The notes under the pieces: generated by a model
What the model was told of the DNA's origin: nothing
Database searches by the model: none
What the model saw: the letters and a program-made list of their open reading frames with translations, nothing else
In this document: piece after piece, positions 31,584 to 46,466 of the stretch
How positions within the stretch are numbered: the stretch's first letter is position 1
Layout: every line of letters begins with the position of its first letter
Made by a program: the position numbers and the translations under genes
Source: Octopus vulgaris
Lineage: Eukaryota
Length of the DNA: 64,000 nucleotides
Reading direction: 5' to 3'
Assembly: GCA_951406725.2 (NCBI GenBank)
Contig: OX597814.1
Span: 10,664,001-10,728,000 of the forward strand

Positions 31584-31763
31584 CATTATTTACATTATTT
31601 ACATTTGACGGATATTTGTTCTCATCTTGTTTGTTGTTAACACTCGAAAAATTCAAGCCAGCAGTTAACAACAAACAAGATGAGGACAAATATCCGTCAA
31701 ATGTAAATAATGTAAATAATGTAAATAATGTACATAATTCCTCATCTCTTAAATATAGAACTG
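31584..31763. mobile_element. palindromic mini-insertion with 12-bp target-site duplication
   Basis: Arms cattatttacatttgacggatatttgttctcatcttgtttgttgttaac and its reverse complement. caagtaaaagaa is duplicated at 31572-31583 and 31764-31775. Confidence 0.85.
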
Positions 31764-32014
31764 CAAGTAAAAGAATGAAAAAATAAAATAATTAACGGAA
31801 ATGCAGATACCTACATACAAGTTTATTAATTATTTTACTGTGCAAGACGCTAGTAAACTAGTCTGACAGGCGCGGAAATTTGAAGTTCCTGCTCAAAAAT
31901 TTAATGATGATTATAAGAAGTTCCGAACGACCAGTCTTCGTAAAGTCGGTGCTGTATTTCAATATTGCTTTCACTTACCTGTTCCCATGGTTTAAAGTGA
32001 ATTAGGAAGAGGAA

Positions 32015-32165
32015 TATTCGTTTCTACTCCAGGCACAAGGATCGACCCAATACGCAAATGGTACTTAATTTATCGACCCGTAAAGGATGATAGGCAAAGT
32101 CGACCTCGTCGAAATTTGAACTCAGAACGTAAAGACGGACGAAATACTGCTAACCATTTCGCAGT
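32015..32165 (-). mobile_element. SINE family 1 (partial)
   Basis: ggtacttaatttatcgaccc...gtcgacctc...tttgaactcagaacg. Confidence 0.85.
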
Positions 32166-32358
32166 TGGAGCAGTTGGAGATGTAAGATAATTATTATCTC
32201 ATTGTTTCACATTTAAATTTTTGCATATTGATATCAAGTCATATTTAGTTACCATGCTCAACTTGTGTCTATAGCAATACAAAAAGAAAAAAATATTTCA
32301 CGCAAAATATAAGCAGTATATGTGAGAAGGTATCGTCATTATATCTGTTCATGTAAAA

Positions 32359-32616
32359 CAGTGCTTCTCAACTATCTTTCACTTATGGGCCGCCTTGATC
32401 TCTATTTTATTCGGGTGGACCCTCGTCGCTATTTCATTTTAAAAATTCCTAACATAATTTTAAAATTAGATATTATTAGGACTTATATATAAAAAAAACA
32501 TTGTTAATATATTTTGTGTATTGTAGAAATATGTCCAATTTATTGCAGACAAATTTTAACAACTAAATCTTATATGGAACCACAAGGTCCTCATGGACCT
32601 TGGTTGAGAACCATTG
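32359..32616. mobile_element. hAT-type MITE
   Basis: TIRs cagtgcttctcaac / gttgagaaccattg; 8-bp TSD atgtaaaa / atttaaaa (7 of 8 match). Confidence 0.8.
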
Positions 32617-32979
32617 ATTTAAAAGATCATATCTTTACAAAGTTAGTCCCTTATTTCAAACAGCATAGGGAATAGAAAATAAATTATATTTTGCATTGTT
32701 TCACATTTAAATTTGCCTGTACTTCTTAAGTATTCGATAATATGATCTATGATTCAAACAGTTAATTTTTGTTTTTAAATATCTTCGAATATTAGAAAAA
32801 ACAGTCTAATAAATACACTTAATAGAGTATAAAACCATAATATTTTGGAAATATAAAGAAATTTATATGCGAAACAATGGATGATCATCTCTTTCATGCA
32901 ATTAAAATCGAGTAACAGTTTTTCGAAAATAGGCTTTTTAAATGTTGAGTTTTACTAATCATTTCTACTATAAATTCAT

Positions 32980-33450
32980 GGGTCGAAATTGTTTTAGGGG
33001 AAGACCGCTGGTCCGTTACATCGACCCCGGCGGTCAACTGGTTTTTAATTCACCGACCCCGTGCTCAACTGGTTTTTATTTCATCGACGCCGAAAAGATG
33101 AAAAGCAAAGTCGACCTTGGAAGGATTTGAATACAGAACAGACCTACGAAGCACATTAAGCATTTTGTCCTGCATGCTAGTAATTCGACCAGCTCGCCGC
33201 CTTGTGTTGAGTATTAATAATAAAAGCACCAAAGACGGAGAGCTGGCAGAATCGTTAGCAATCCGGGAAAAATTCTTACCAGCATTTCGTCCGTCCTGAG
33301 GTTCTGAGTTCAAATTCTGTCGAGGTCAGTTTTGCTATCCATACTTTTGGGGATTGATAAAATAAATGCCAGTTGAGCACTGGGGTCGATGTAGTTAACT
33401 TACCCACTCCCATGAAATTGCTGGCCTTGTGCCAAAAAGTTTCAAGCTAA
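32980..33450. mobile_element. head-to-head pair of SINE family 1 copies (32980-33203 -, 33234-33450 +)
   Basis: ccagctcgccgcc followed about 30 bp later by gacggagagctggcagaatcg. Confidence 0.85.
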
Positions 33451-34207
33451 TAATAAAAGCACTTACACAACACACAGCACATCTACTACCGCCACGATTA
33501 CTACCAACACGAAGACTAACACCACGATTACTACCGTTCCCACTACCTTCAACATATCTACCATCATGAGCCAACGAATAAACCTCTATGCATTCGTTTG
33601 TGTTGCAGTTAATCTGCTGTCTTAAACAAAAGACACAGTGAACAATGCAGTCTATGATGTATAAAAGACAGGATGGTCACAGCTAGAACGGCTTTCATTT
33701 TATGACACCTCAATAAGGTTCGATCTGGTGCTAAAAAATGACAGTGACAATAACAACAACTAAAACAACAACAGTACTTTTGACAACGGAAAAACATTTG
33801 GTAACACCTATGACAAATAGCAGTTACAATAATCATCAGTAACAACACCACCTTAAACACTACTACCATCACCACTACCATCGCCTTTTCACCATCACCA
33901 TCTACTCCATCTCTTATAGCATCAGCATTACTAGCATCAACGATAACGACAACTACCACCTACAACAGCTTTTACAATTTACATCCAAACTAAACAAGTT
34001 CCTCAGCCACCGTACTCTCCGTTCCCCCAGTCCAATCCATTCTACTTTCACTTTCATTCTACTCCGAATTCACTAATTTCTGTCACTTAAAATGCATTTG
34101 GAAAGAACAATAAAACACGGTTGCTGGCAATAGTTACTACAACAATAATGGCAACAGTAACAACAACAGCTACTACTATTACTGCAGCAACAATAACGCT
34201 TATATTC

Positions 34208-34245
<38 letters not shown>

Positions 34246-35889
34246 ATTTCTCTGTCTTTTTAATATATTTTCTTTTTCTTTTGTTCCAAGTAAGCTGACG
34301 TGCCAATCAAGTTAAAAATTGGAAGGAGCAGCCGACACAGAAAAGGGAATGGATAAATGGCTGAAATGAATAAATAACTAAATAACTGAATGAATTTATG
34401 AATGAATGAGTGAAAGAATGGCTGAATGACTGAATGACTTATTGACTGATCATCTGTGCTTACTTTCATGCTGGATGTCAAATGGACTTACTTTCGTTTC
34501 AGCATTTTCCACAGCTATCTGCCACTTTTTAGTTAGCCGTCACGCTCTCCAACAACACAACCAATACCATCACGACACTTGCCAAAACCATCACCACCAA
34601 CACCACCACAGTAACAAAAACAACAACAACAGCAGCAACAACCATAAATAACATTACTTTCCATCACATTTGAAAGTTTATTTAAAACAAAGAAGCTCCA
34701 TGTTCCTTCTAGTAATAATGGTTTGTTGCATTAGTAAGTCAAATATGCACAGAAACGCACAATATAGATCGCTGAATCGATTCTAGTACATGACTAGTTA
34801 GTTCAATAACAAATTACTGCGTGTCTTTGAGGGAGCCTTGGTGTTGCCGCTTGACCAGCCAGAAATAACAATAAAGTCTACCTCACACCACACATTCTGC
34901 AGTCTTAAATATGGAGAGAGGTACTCGGTTACTCAGTCACAGTTGATTTGGCGCTTCACATCAAAAGTAACAACGACACTCAAAAAATGAGTTTTAAAAT
35001 GTACCGATGAATTGTAAGTTATTTGTGTTCACGTCCTTTCGACTTGAAATTCATGGAAATATTTATATTTCATCAACTTCGGATATTTGAAGAGGACGGG
35101 AATCTGGAAGGTGAAATTAACTAAATTAATGCAGTGATGGTTCTAATACTTAAAGGCAGCAAGAAAGAGACTATATATCGTATATGTATATCCAACTTCA
35201 TATGGTTCTCTAGCAAGATGCAGGGCTTTGTTAATTTTAAGCCTAAATTTAGTTGTAATAACATAATAGTCATAAAAGTGCATCTGATTACAATGTAAAA
35301 CAAACGAAATAATGAGAATGAGTAACTCAGTTGGAAGAGCACGAGTTTCTACACTGGATGCAATTCTTCCTTTTATAGCCAGTTAAAGAGCCCTTATATA
35401 GTAGCGAAGCTTTGAAAAATTAGCCTAGAAATCCCTCTCGAGACACACATTTACTATTTTAAATAAACCAGAATGACACACTGGACAACGTAGCATAGGA
35501 AATATAACCTGAAAATAAGAGGCTCCAACGTTTCGATCGTAATTCTGCTTTATCAGATAAAATTTATGGCTGAACAACAACTCGAGCGACCGAAAGAGAT
35601 TCTATTTGCTCGCTCAACCAACAGGAAACAGCCAAACCTCCCTAAAATCTAACCCAGACGGACATATTAAAAAATGTAGGTGAAGTTACACGATAGCTGA
35701 CCCCGAACCATTTACGTTCGACAGGTAGCTTATGGATAGAATGCTATATCTCGGAAGTTCACCGTTTTTACGTTCATGACGACAGTAATGTTAAGGAAAG
35801 ACCCTTGGACGTAGTTATTTGAGCTTTTATTCTATTGTAATGTACAGATCTTTATGTATCGTGAAACTGCATAGCTATTATATTGATAC

Positions 35890-36060
35890 AATCCCTGGGT
35901 ATGTCCGTAACATTAGGCTTATAAACCGGTAAATATCATCTATGTACCAAACCAATAAGGAAGCTCTAAAGGTTCTAACCACCCTCTCAATATATTAAAT
36001 ATATATTAAAAATTAAAGTAAATTATCAATATCAGTAGTCTAAAAGCGAATGTATTCTCA
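35890..36060 (+). pseudogene. degenerate Penelope-like RT thumb-domain relic
   Basis: YKPVNIIYVP...SNHPLNILN...ISSLKANVF across frameshifts resembles PLE KPN..LY....SNHP..I.....IS.LSS...F. Confidence 0.5.
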
Positions 36061-37679
36061 TAGTAAATATACTATAAAAAGCTGCTAGTAATAATAATGC
36101 AATACTAAAAAGCAGTTTAAAAGAATCAGTTAGCGCCTTACCCAATACCGAAATATGGCCATCAATGAAAAATGTATAATTAGAACATCATTTACTGTAA
36201 CTTCAATAATAGTGCTTATTTAAATATACATCAAATACTTTTAGTGCTAATAAAAATAAATAACTTCTCAACTAATCATAAATCGTCTGGTCCTACTTGA
36301 TCAGATTTGTCGGGCTCGAAACCACATAACATTCGGAAGATCTGAAGGAAAGTATTTCGTGGTGTTTATACAAACGTGTTTTGATGAAGGGCTTTGATGG
36401 TTGCACGACATGTGTATCGGTGTCTCGATATCCATAAAGTTTCGGTATCCGTAAAAGTAATTCACTATCGAAGAAAAGAATTACTACTACAAGGAGGTTC
36501 CCTAGGTGGTGGATGGAGAATGGACCCTCCCCCACACAAACACATCAGTGTTTGTATGACTAGTTTTAGTATAAACAAGTTAACATTAAACTGAAGAATT
36601 ACTCAATACTATTTCTACAGTACATATTTATTATACTTTTGCAAAAGGGTTGGTGGTAGTAACTTCGAAGATTCGGCCTGCTAACTTTCGTCAAAGTCAC
36701 TATTACCCCGCTTCTCGTAATATGTGTGTGTATATACATACACGCACACATGCACACACACATAAATACAAGTGATGAATAGAAGTGAAATACGCAGTTC
36801 TACTATACCTAGTTGATATTATATTTCTGTATAACATAAAATTGATATTACATCATTAAATAATTTATATCGTGCTTTAGGCAGCAGCTGTTACAAAAGT
36901 CAGCCACTGTATTAATTTTGTTTTAGTTCGTATCTTCTCTCCATAATTTTGATTACTTATTGAGACTTTCCTTCTTATTTTTCATTGACTTCTCCTAGAG
37001 TATCAGGATAGCTGCCGAGATCCAAAAATAAGACATGAACTCACAAAATAATTCATAGGTATTAATACATACACGTTGTATGTGTGCGGTAACATTCCTT
37101 TAGACTGGTCTTGGCAGAACCGGCAAATAGACTCTGCCGAGTGGTTTGGTATTCAGTACGCAACTTGTATCTAATCCCAAAATATAGAACAACCGTTATC
37201 TGCAAAAAGAAAGGAAAAAATTTCACACTCAAGACCAAGCTTGTAAAATCCACAAAGCAACTGGAATCTCGCTAGGCGCCGGCGGTACTCTGCTAGTTGG
37301 GCAATGCATTCTGTGGAAGCTTCACTGTTGCAATTTCAAACCAATAGTACCCATGGATAGCATTGTCCAGTCAAGGATTGCTAGAAGTTATCCACATCAA
37401 TATCTGGCCGGATTCTGATCTGCCTCAGTGAATTAAAAGATGGTTGGGTGTCGCAAACGTGGTAAGGATGATGGAGTGAATCTAACATGTGTCAATAGAT
37501 TGGAGAACGGCACTTGGATGATGTATATGTATAGAGTGTTGGAAGTGGTGTATAGATATTGTATATTAAGAAAAGGAGGCAGTCAGAATTTTGACTAATA
37601 CTTTATTAGCGCTTTCATTCGATCTCGTTAAGATAAATTGATAAAAACGTTAAGATAAAAATGATAAAAACAGGACGTT

Positions 37680-37722
<43 letters not shown>

Positions 37723-37855
37723 TGAGTGAGTGAGAGAGAGAGAGGGAGAGAGAGAGAAAGAGAAAGAGAAAGAGAGAGAGATACATTCATACATGCATAC
37801 ATACATACACACACATACATACATATATACATGCATACATACATACACACACACA

Positions 37856-37885
<30 letters not shown>

Positions 37886-37886
<1 letters not shown>

Positions 37887-38681
37887 CTACTACATATGTG
37901 GAAAATCGGTGTGTGTTTGTGTGTGACGTTGTTAGCTAACTCCTTTATTGATTATTGATTTTGATGAAATATGACACATGAGTAGAACTCATGTCTGGAA
38001 ATCTCGTGACACTGAGATTGTTGAAAAAAATCGAAAAAAAAAGGGCCCTTCCAATGGATCCTTTTAGCGAAGCGGTCAATATTTGATTCTCAAGATCAGC
38101 CGACCTAATTCTGCTCTCAGTTTTGAAGTGCTAAACATTATTATTGCCCTACCTTAATTTGAATCTTAAACTTCATTCATACATTTCTATACATACATAC
38201 TTTTTTGAATGCCCAATTCTCCGATAATTCTGCATTTTTACAGTTACACTTTTTCCATGACTGTAGATAATTCTTTTATTTCACAACGTATTTGTAGTGG
38301 TTTCATGCAGGCACAGCGTAGATTCGATCCTCGATTGCCAAATTTCACTTAACACTTCAACGGCGCCTTTTTCGCGGTAAAACAATAGTTATACATTTCC
38401 CAGATGACTTCGCTAAGCAGAATAATGTCTTTGCCTCTCGCTAACCTCCTATAAGCTCTCTCACCAACCTCCGATAACATTTTTCGCCAACCTCCGAAAA
38501 CCTCTCCCGCCACCATCCAACAATCTCTCCCTCCTCCAGCTGACAATGTTTTCGTACTTTTTCATGACGGAAAATACACCTTTTTTAGCAGTTATAACGA
38601 AATTGCTTTCTATATATCAGAGTAATAAGACATTTCAATAAGACATCTTTACCCACGGGAATTACCGTCCACACCAGCTAG
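37886..38681 (+). mobile_element. non-autonomous Helitron-like element
   Basis: A|TCtactacata start, subterminal hairpin acgg-gaatta-ccgt, CTAG|T end. Confidence 0.65.
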
Positions 38682-38685
38682 TATA

Positions 38686-38716
<31 letters not shown>

Positions 38717-38720
38717 TCTC

Positions 38721-38751
<31 letters not shown>

Positions 38752-38792
38752 GATATATATATGTATATATGTATATATGTCTTTCTCTCTCT

Positions 38793-38856
<64 letters not shown>

Positions 38857-38959
38857 ATATATGTATATATGTATATATGTATATATGTATATATATATGT
38901 ATATATGTATATATGTATATATGTATATATATATGTATATATGTATATATATATATGTA

Positions 38960-39008
<49 letters not shown>

Positions 39009-39159
39009 GGTTTGTTCATCAACAACAAAACACGTCAGAAATAGCTGCGGTGAACCTCAGCCAGTCCATTTATGCTATTATTGCTACACATACACGCGCA
39101 CACACAGACACACATATACACACATACACACACATATATATATATACATAAACATAGAG

Positions 39160-39330
39160 GTCTTAAATTTTGGCACAAGGCTAGCAATTTCCAGGAAGGG
39201 GTAAATCTATTACGTCGATCCTACTGTTCTACTCGTACTTATTTTATGGACCCCGAAAGGATGAAAAGCAAATTCGACCTCGGTGGAATTTGAACTCAGA
39301 ACGTAGCGGTAGACGAAATGCAGCTAAGCA
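39160..39330 (-). mobile_element. SINE family 1 (partial)
   Basis: gaccccgaaaggatgaaaagcaaa...ggaatttgaactcagaacg. Confidence 0.85.
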
Positions 39331-40433
39331 TTAAGTATTGTCACCGATTTGTTCGACAAAATTTCTTCAAGCATGGGCGCAGTAAAAATGACTGAAACAT
39401 ATAAAGGATAAAAAGATGTACGATACATGTATATAAGTACATATGTACGTATATATGTTCTTATATGTTCATATAAGTGCATTTGTATGTATGTGTGTAT
39501 GTATGTATGTATCATGCGCGGGGACATAGAAATAATCGGACTGAATACCCGATCGCGTGGTTAAACCATTGGGAGTGAAGGACTCCTAGACTTTTTTAGG
39601 GCATCCTTCTAGGAGAAGGTAACTCAGGTAACTGGGATAACTCCGACATAAAACCTGCGGCTCAGTGGTTACCGATGATGTTGATTTGTTCTTCTTTTCG
39701 GTTTATGGCTGCTGTTGCTTAGTGAGTGGAATTGACTCAGTGCACAGCCTTTCCTCACTTTAAAAAAAAATATTTGTGCATCTTTGTGCTTCTTCCCCCA
39801 TCACAGTTTGACAACCGATATTGGTGTATCTACATTCCTGCAAGCCTCGGCAAAAAGAGACTGATAGAATAAGCAGTAGGCTTAAGAAATAAGTCTCGGG
39901 GTTGATTTGTTCTACTGAAACTCTTCAAGGCGGTACTCCAGCGTGGCCACCGCAGTGAAAATGACTGAAACAATTAAAAGAATAAAATAGCCTGAAATAC
40001 ACTGGCGAAAATAAATTTAAGGCCGATGATAAAATGTGTATTTCTTACAAAATATTTTGTTACTAACACCATACAAATTATTTTTATCTTTTACACCTTA
40101 TGCAAAATTTATTTCTCTTTCGAATGATGCAGACAATAACTATTTTTTTATACAACTTGAAGAATTCTAATGCTAAATTAATATAAACGTTTCAAATTTA
40201 CCGGTAATTTCGCCGGTATATGTTGACATAAATCAGTAATACACAAAACGAATAAAAGAATACATAAAATGTATAAAGAAAGAATCAAATTAATATATTT
40301 ATTAACAAATTCAAAATCAATACATGGCTAAGTGAGAAAGTGTCTTATGAGGTGGTTTGTATATTTCTGATTAGGAAGAGCAAACTAACAGCTACTGCTG
40401 TAGTAAAAGTGGGCGTGTCCTACTGAGTTTGTC

Positions 40434-41040
<607 letters not shown>

Positions 41041-41459
41041 GGATAGAGTGAAAGTCAAAGAAAGCGAGAGAAAAGAAAGGTTGGGAGACAGACAGAGGGG
41101 TGAGAAAGAAGGAGAGAGAGGGGAGAGAGGCGGAGATAAAGGCGGAGTGGGAGGAGGGAGGTATTTGTAGCGATGGTTATAGAGTGAAAGAGTGAAAGTG
41201 AGAGGATAGGAAGAGGTAGAAGACTAGGAATGTAGTTGACAATAGTAAAAAGGGAGGAGTAGTGGAGAGGGATTAAGAGTAGGGGGGAACTGAAGATATT
41301 AAGAGAGAGAGAGGGAGAGAGAGAGAGAGAGAGAGACGAAAGGTGGGAGGTAATGTGAAAGTTGATGAAAGAGATTGACTGAGTGGGATACTTGAGAGAG
41401 AAAGTTGGAGTAAAGTTTCGATTGATGCAGAGAGATAGAGACAGAGAGCGAGAGATCAA

Positions 41460-41680
41460 TAGATTGGTTTCATATTTTGTCACAAGGCCAGCAAATTTCG
41501 GGGTAGGGGTTAAGTCGATTACATCGATGCCAGTGCTCAACTGGTACTTCATTTATCGACCCTGGAAGGATGGAAGTCAAAGTGGACAGCGGCGGAATTT
41601 GAACTCAGAGCGTAGCGGCAGACGAAATACTGCTAAGCTTTTCGCCTGGCGTGCTAACGATTCTACCAGCTCGCCGCCTA
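41460..41680 (-). mobile_element. SINE family 1
   Basis: Reverse-complement match, embedded in a (GA)-rich tract. Confidence 0.88.
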
Positions 41681-42516
41681 GGGGAGAGAGAGAGGGAGAG
41701 AGAGAGAGGGAGGGAGAGAGAGAGGGAGGGAGAGAGAGAGGGAGGGAGAGAGAGAGGGAGGGAGAGGGAGGGAGAGAGATCAATAGATTAAGAGAGAGAG
41801 GAGAGTTTATGAAAATTGTTGGGAGACAGAGAAGTAGAGGAACAAGAGCGAGAGAATGGTTGATAGAGAAGAAAATAAGGAGAGAAAGTAGGAGGAGATC
41901 AGTGAGTGTAGAGGGTGTAGATAGAGCAAGAGGAAGAGAGGCAGATAGATAGACTGACATATTGTGTCAATGGTTAAGAGAGAAAGAAAGACAGACAGAG
42001 ACAGACAGCGAAAGAGAAAGAGAAGGGAAAAGAAAGACTGAAAGGAAGTGTGTTAACAATGCTTTAGAGAGCATGTAATTAGAGAGAGAGAGAAAGAGAG
42101 AGAGAGAGAATAGAAGAGAGAAGGTAGAGAGAGATAGAGATATAGGAGAGCGGTAAAAGTAACGTAGACTCAAAAGATTGCATATATACGTAGAAAGATG
42201 AGGACTAAGAGAGAAAGAGGGAGAGACAGACAGATAAAGATGATGGGGAGGAGGAGGATATGTAAAGAAGAAAGAGCGAGAGTGAGAGGAGAAAAGAGAA
42301 GAATGGCGATTATAGGGTGAGTGTGAAATGGAAGAGCGAATGATAGTAGAACTGGAGTAGGCTGAGAGGAAGAAGGAAAGAGAGAGAGAGAGATAAAGAG
42401 AGAGAATGATAGAGACAGAAGGAGAAAGTTTCATAAAACTAATAAAAAGAATGAGATTGGAAGACAACTCATATCCGAATATATACGCGTATACATATAT
42501 CTATATATTATATGTA

Positions 42517-42646
<130 letters not shown>

Positions 42647-42679
42647 AATATATATATATATTTATATATAATATATATA

Positions 42680-42787
<108 letters not shown>

Positions 42788-42789
42788 AA

Positions 42790-42829
<40 letters not shown>

Positions 42830-42844
42830 AAATATATATATATG

Positions 42845-42920
<76 letters not shown>

Positions 42921-43169
42921 CTTGGAGAATGGGAGGGGCAATGATTGAGGGGATAGAGACTGATAGAAGGAGGAAGAGAGACTGAAATAGGAAGAGAGAG
43001 GGGAGAGAGAGGGAGAGAGAGAAGGAGAGTGAGACGGAGAAGGAGTAAGATGTATAGGTACAATGTATGTAGAGGAAGACTTAAAAATAGAGATGAGATG
43101 GGAAAATGTGAGACTCAGAGAGTAGTTGAGAGAGTGGCAGTGAAGCAGTGAGTGATTAAGAAAGAAGAG

Positions 43170-43215
<46 letters not shown>

Positions 43216-43883
43216 ATAAAGACAATGAGAGTAGTTGAAGTGGAGTGGAAGTGAGAGAAAGATGAATCGATGGAATAGAATAGAATAGAGAGAGAGAGAT
43301 CAGGAGTGAGGGTATGCAAGAGAGAGAGAGAGCAAGAGGGAGAGAGAGAGAGAGATCACGAGTGAGGGTGTGAAATAGAGAGAGAAAGAGGGAGAGAGAG
43401 AAAGAGGGAGAGAGAGAAAGAGAGAGAGAGAGTGAGTATGATTAACTCGAAAAGACACGTGATTACGTGATTCGATGTGTGTGTAGTTTCATCATTGATG
43501 ATGTAAGATAGTGATAACGTTGCTGTCGTTGTTGTTGTTGTTGTTGGTGGTGGTTGTGGTGGTAGTGGTGGTGGTGTTGGTGGTAGCTGTCATAGGATAC
43601 CGTCCTGATGGTGGGGGAGACGATGTTTGTAGAAAAGGGGGTGGAGAAGTTAGTTCTGGAAATCGAAGGTAAGGTAGAGGGCAGAGGAATAAACTTCATG
43701 ACGATTATGATAATGGTGGTGATGGTGGTGATGGTGGTGGTGGGTTTGGTGTTCGGGTGGCGGTGGAAATGGTTGTGGTGGGTTGCAGGTGATGTTATTG
43801 GGGACAAAGGTGACATACTGATGATGGTGAGAGTGTTAGAGAACATCGCTCATAGTGACATCATTATTATATATCATATATTA

Positions 43884-44130
43884 AGGTGGCGAGCTGGCAG
43901 ACTCGTTAGCACGCCGGGCGAGATGCTTAGCGGTATTTCGTCTGCCGTTACGTTCTGAGTTCAAATTCCGCCGAGGTCGACTTTGCCTTTCATCCTTTCG
44001 GGGTCGATAAATGAAGTACCAGTTACGCACTGGGGTCGATATAATCGACTTAATCCGTTTGTCCTCTCTGTGTTTAGCCCCTTGTGGGTAGTAAAGAAAT
44101 AGGTTTTTCGCCTTTCGCTACGTTCCGAAA
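43884..44130 (+). mobile_element. SINE family 1
   Basis: Near-consensus copy. Confidence 0.93.
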
Positions 44131-44565
44131 TTATCAAATCTCCACGAAAAAAATTTCAACCACCGAAAAACTAATTATGCATCACGTTGTAAAACGATTA
44201 CAGTTACCCTACGATTCTTTAAAGTTATCTCAAAAGAAAAAAAAAAGATAAATAAATAAAACCTGACTTGCATAAGTACTCCCAGTAATTCTATACTCTA
44301 CAATGCGGTCTCAAGAACCCTATTTAGAAACTCACCGTGACGAGTTGAGCTCTTCAGGGCCTGAATTATATAGAACTTTCTGTAGCAGGATCGAGTTCCT
44401 TTACTTTGTTGCTACGTGCACAAAGTACAGAACACTTTCTCTTTAACACACAACCATGTACAAGCAAGCGCGCGGATGAACACACACCTATACACGTTTA
44501 TCTATACTTTTATACATATGTGTAGGTGTGACTGTATAGATACACACACACATATACATACATAT

Positions 44566-44616
<51 letters not shown>

Positions 44617-44618
<2 letters not shown>

Positions 44619-44923
44619 GCGCAATGGCCCAGTGGTTAGGGCAGCGGACGCGCGGTGGTAGGATCGTGGTTTCGATTCCCAGACCGGGCATTGCGAGTGT
44701 TTATTGAGCGAAAGCACCTAAGACTCCACGAGACTCCGGCAGGGGGTGGTGGCGATCCCTGGTGTACTCTTTCACCACAACTTCCTCTCACTCTTTCTTC
44801 TGTTGGCCTGCTCGCTTAGCCAGCGGGTTGGTGTCATTTGAAGGCTAAAACAATACGAAGCGCATTGTGACTAGCGATGTGTAGCAACATCTAATAACCT
44901 GGTCGGTCACGGTGATCACGGTG

Positions 44924-44925
<2 letters not shown>
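44617..44925 (+). mobile_element. tRNA-derived SINE family 3 (3' fragment also at 13643-13757)
   Basis: A box tggcccagtgg, B box ggtttcgattccc; the 3' 115 bp is shared with 13643-13757. Confidence 0.87.
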
Positions 44926-44955
<30 letters not shown>

Positions 44956-45036
44956 TGGGAGTATAACTCCAAACTTACAGGGAAAAATTCAATTTAGTAT
45001 TAAATCAAATTTTACAATTAAATTTAATTACAATTC

Positions 45037-45070
45037 GAATTGAAGATATGGCCACGAAACGTACGTAGTC
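45037..45070 (+). ncRNA. degenerate hammerhead-like motif
   Basis: gaa-TTGAAGA-tatggccac-GAAAC-gtac-GTA-gtc inside the (TA)n-flanked insert 44951-45270. Confidence 0.45.
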
Positions 45071-45090
45071 TTTTCACTAATTATATACTG

Positions 45091-45159
<69 letters not shown>

Positions 45160-45861
45160 GAACTTTATTGTGATCTAGGAAAATGTTTTATCATATATTT
45201 TATTTTTTCTTTATAGTATGATTTACGTCTATCATTATTTATATTACATAATAGTGGTTTTTCTCTAATATATATATATATATATTTATAGCATATGAGG
45301 AGTTTGGTTCACTTGTGATCTAAACGATTAGGTACGCTTAGTAAGTGCTATAGTTGGTCGACCATTAGGTTACAATATCAGAGCTAATGCTGGATCTAGG
45401 GATCCTTATTAGGGTTCCGTAATAGCAGGTATATATTAAATTAGAGGAAAAATCAAAACTAAAGCAGAACGTGTATCTCGAGTCATTTCGAATAATTTAA
45501 TTAGGGTAAGTCGTTTCTGGGATAAACTAGATTATCCCAGAAACGGCTGTAAGTCTTCGACTTCACATTACTCTAATTAAATACGTGTGTGTGTGTGAAT
45601 GTATATATGTGCATGCATATATACATATATACATAGATAGAGACGTGGCTGTGTGATAAAAAGTTCGCTTTCCAAACATGTTTTCAGGTACAGTTCCACT
45701 GCGCGGTACTTTGACCAAATGTCGTCCTCTATAACCTCAGGCGCACCAAAGCCCTGTGAGTGAATTTTGTAGACAGAAACTGAAATATGCCCACCGCATA
45801 TATGTATGTACGTATGTACGTACATATATATGTGTATACACACACATATATATATATATAT

Positions 45862-46223
45862 ACTCTTTACTCTTTTACTTATTTCAATCAGTTGACTGCG
45901 GCCATGCTGGAGCACCGCCTTTAGTCGAGCAACTCGACCGCGGGACTTATTCTTTGTAAGCCCAGTACTTATTCTATCGCTAAGTGACGGGGACATAAAC
46001 ACACCAGCATCGGTTGTCAAGCAATGCTAAGGGACAAACACAGACACAAACGTACACGCACATATATATATATATACATATGTATGACGGGCTTCTTTCA
46101 GTTTCCGTCTACCAAATCCACTCACAAGTAGAAGACACTTGCCTAAGGTGCCACGCAGTGGAACTGAACCCGGAACCATGTGGTTGGTAGGCAAGCTACT
46201 TACCACACAGCCACTCCTGCGCC
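45862..46223 (-). mobile_element. tRNA-derived SINE family 2 (internal microsatellite, (gagtaaaa)n tail)
   Basis: Minus strand ggcgcaggagtggctgtgtggtaag...gggttcagttccactgcg...ggcggtgctccagcatggccgcagtc. Other copies: 23780-23990(-), 25355-25412(-), 39780-39990, 45643-45790, 46975-47190, 47285-47945. Confidence 0.9.
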
Positions 46224-46350
46224 TATATATATATATTTTTTTCTTTTCATTTATATACATGTCATTCCCGTAATGAAACTTCACATGTGCTTTACCTGGA
46301 CGTTTCCTTTCTCCTTCTGACGAGGAACAATGAATGCATATATGTGTGCA

Positions 46351-46413
<63 letters not shown>

Positions 46414-46466
46414 GTTTAAATATTTGTTGTGCAAGATTTTTTATGTGAAGTCGTGTGTTGAAACAG

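Noticed and set aside
37200-37430. Possible second Tc1/DD37D relic (KNF..QDQ, NIWP)
   Set aside because: Too fragmentary to support without an alignment.
44310-44362. Minus-strand CTGAAGA-gctca/tgagt hairpin; similar cases at 2930-2970 and 52850-52910
   Set aside because: No correctly placed GAAA or NUH, so the core is incomplete.
44617-44690. tRNA gene
   Set aside because: The A/B boxes belong to a SINE head that continues into a SINE body; there is no clean cloverleaf.
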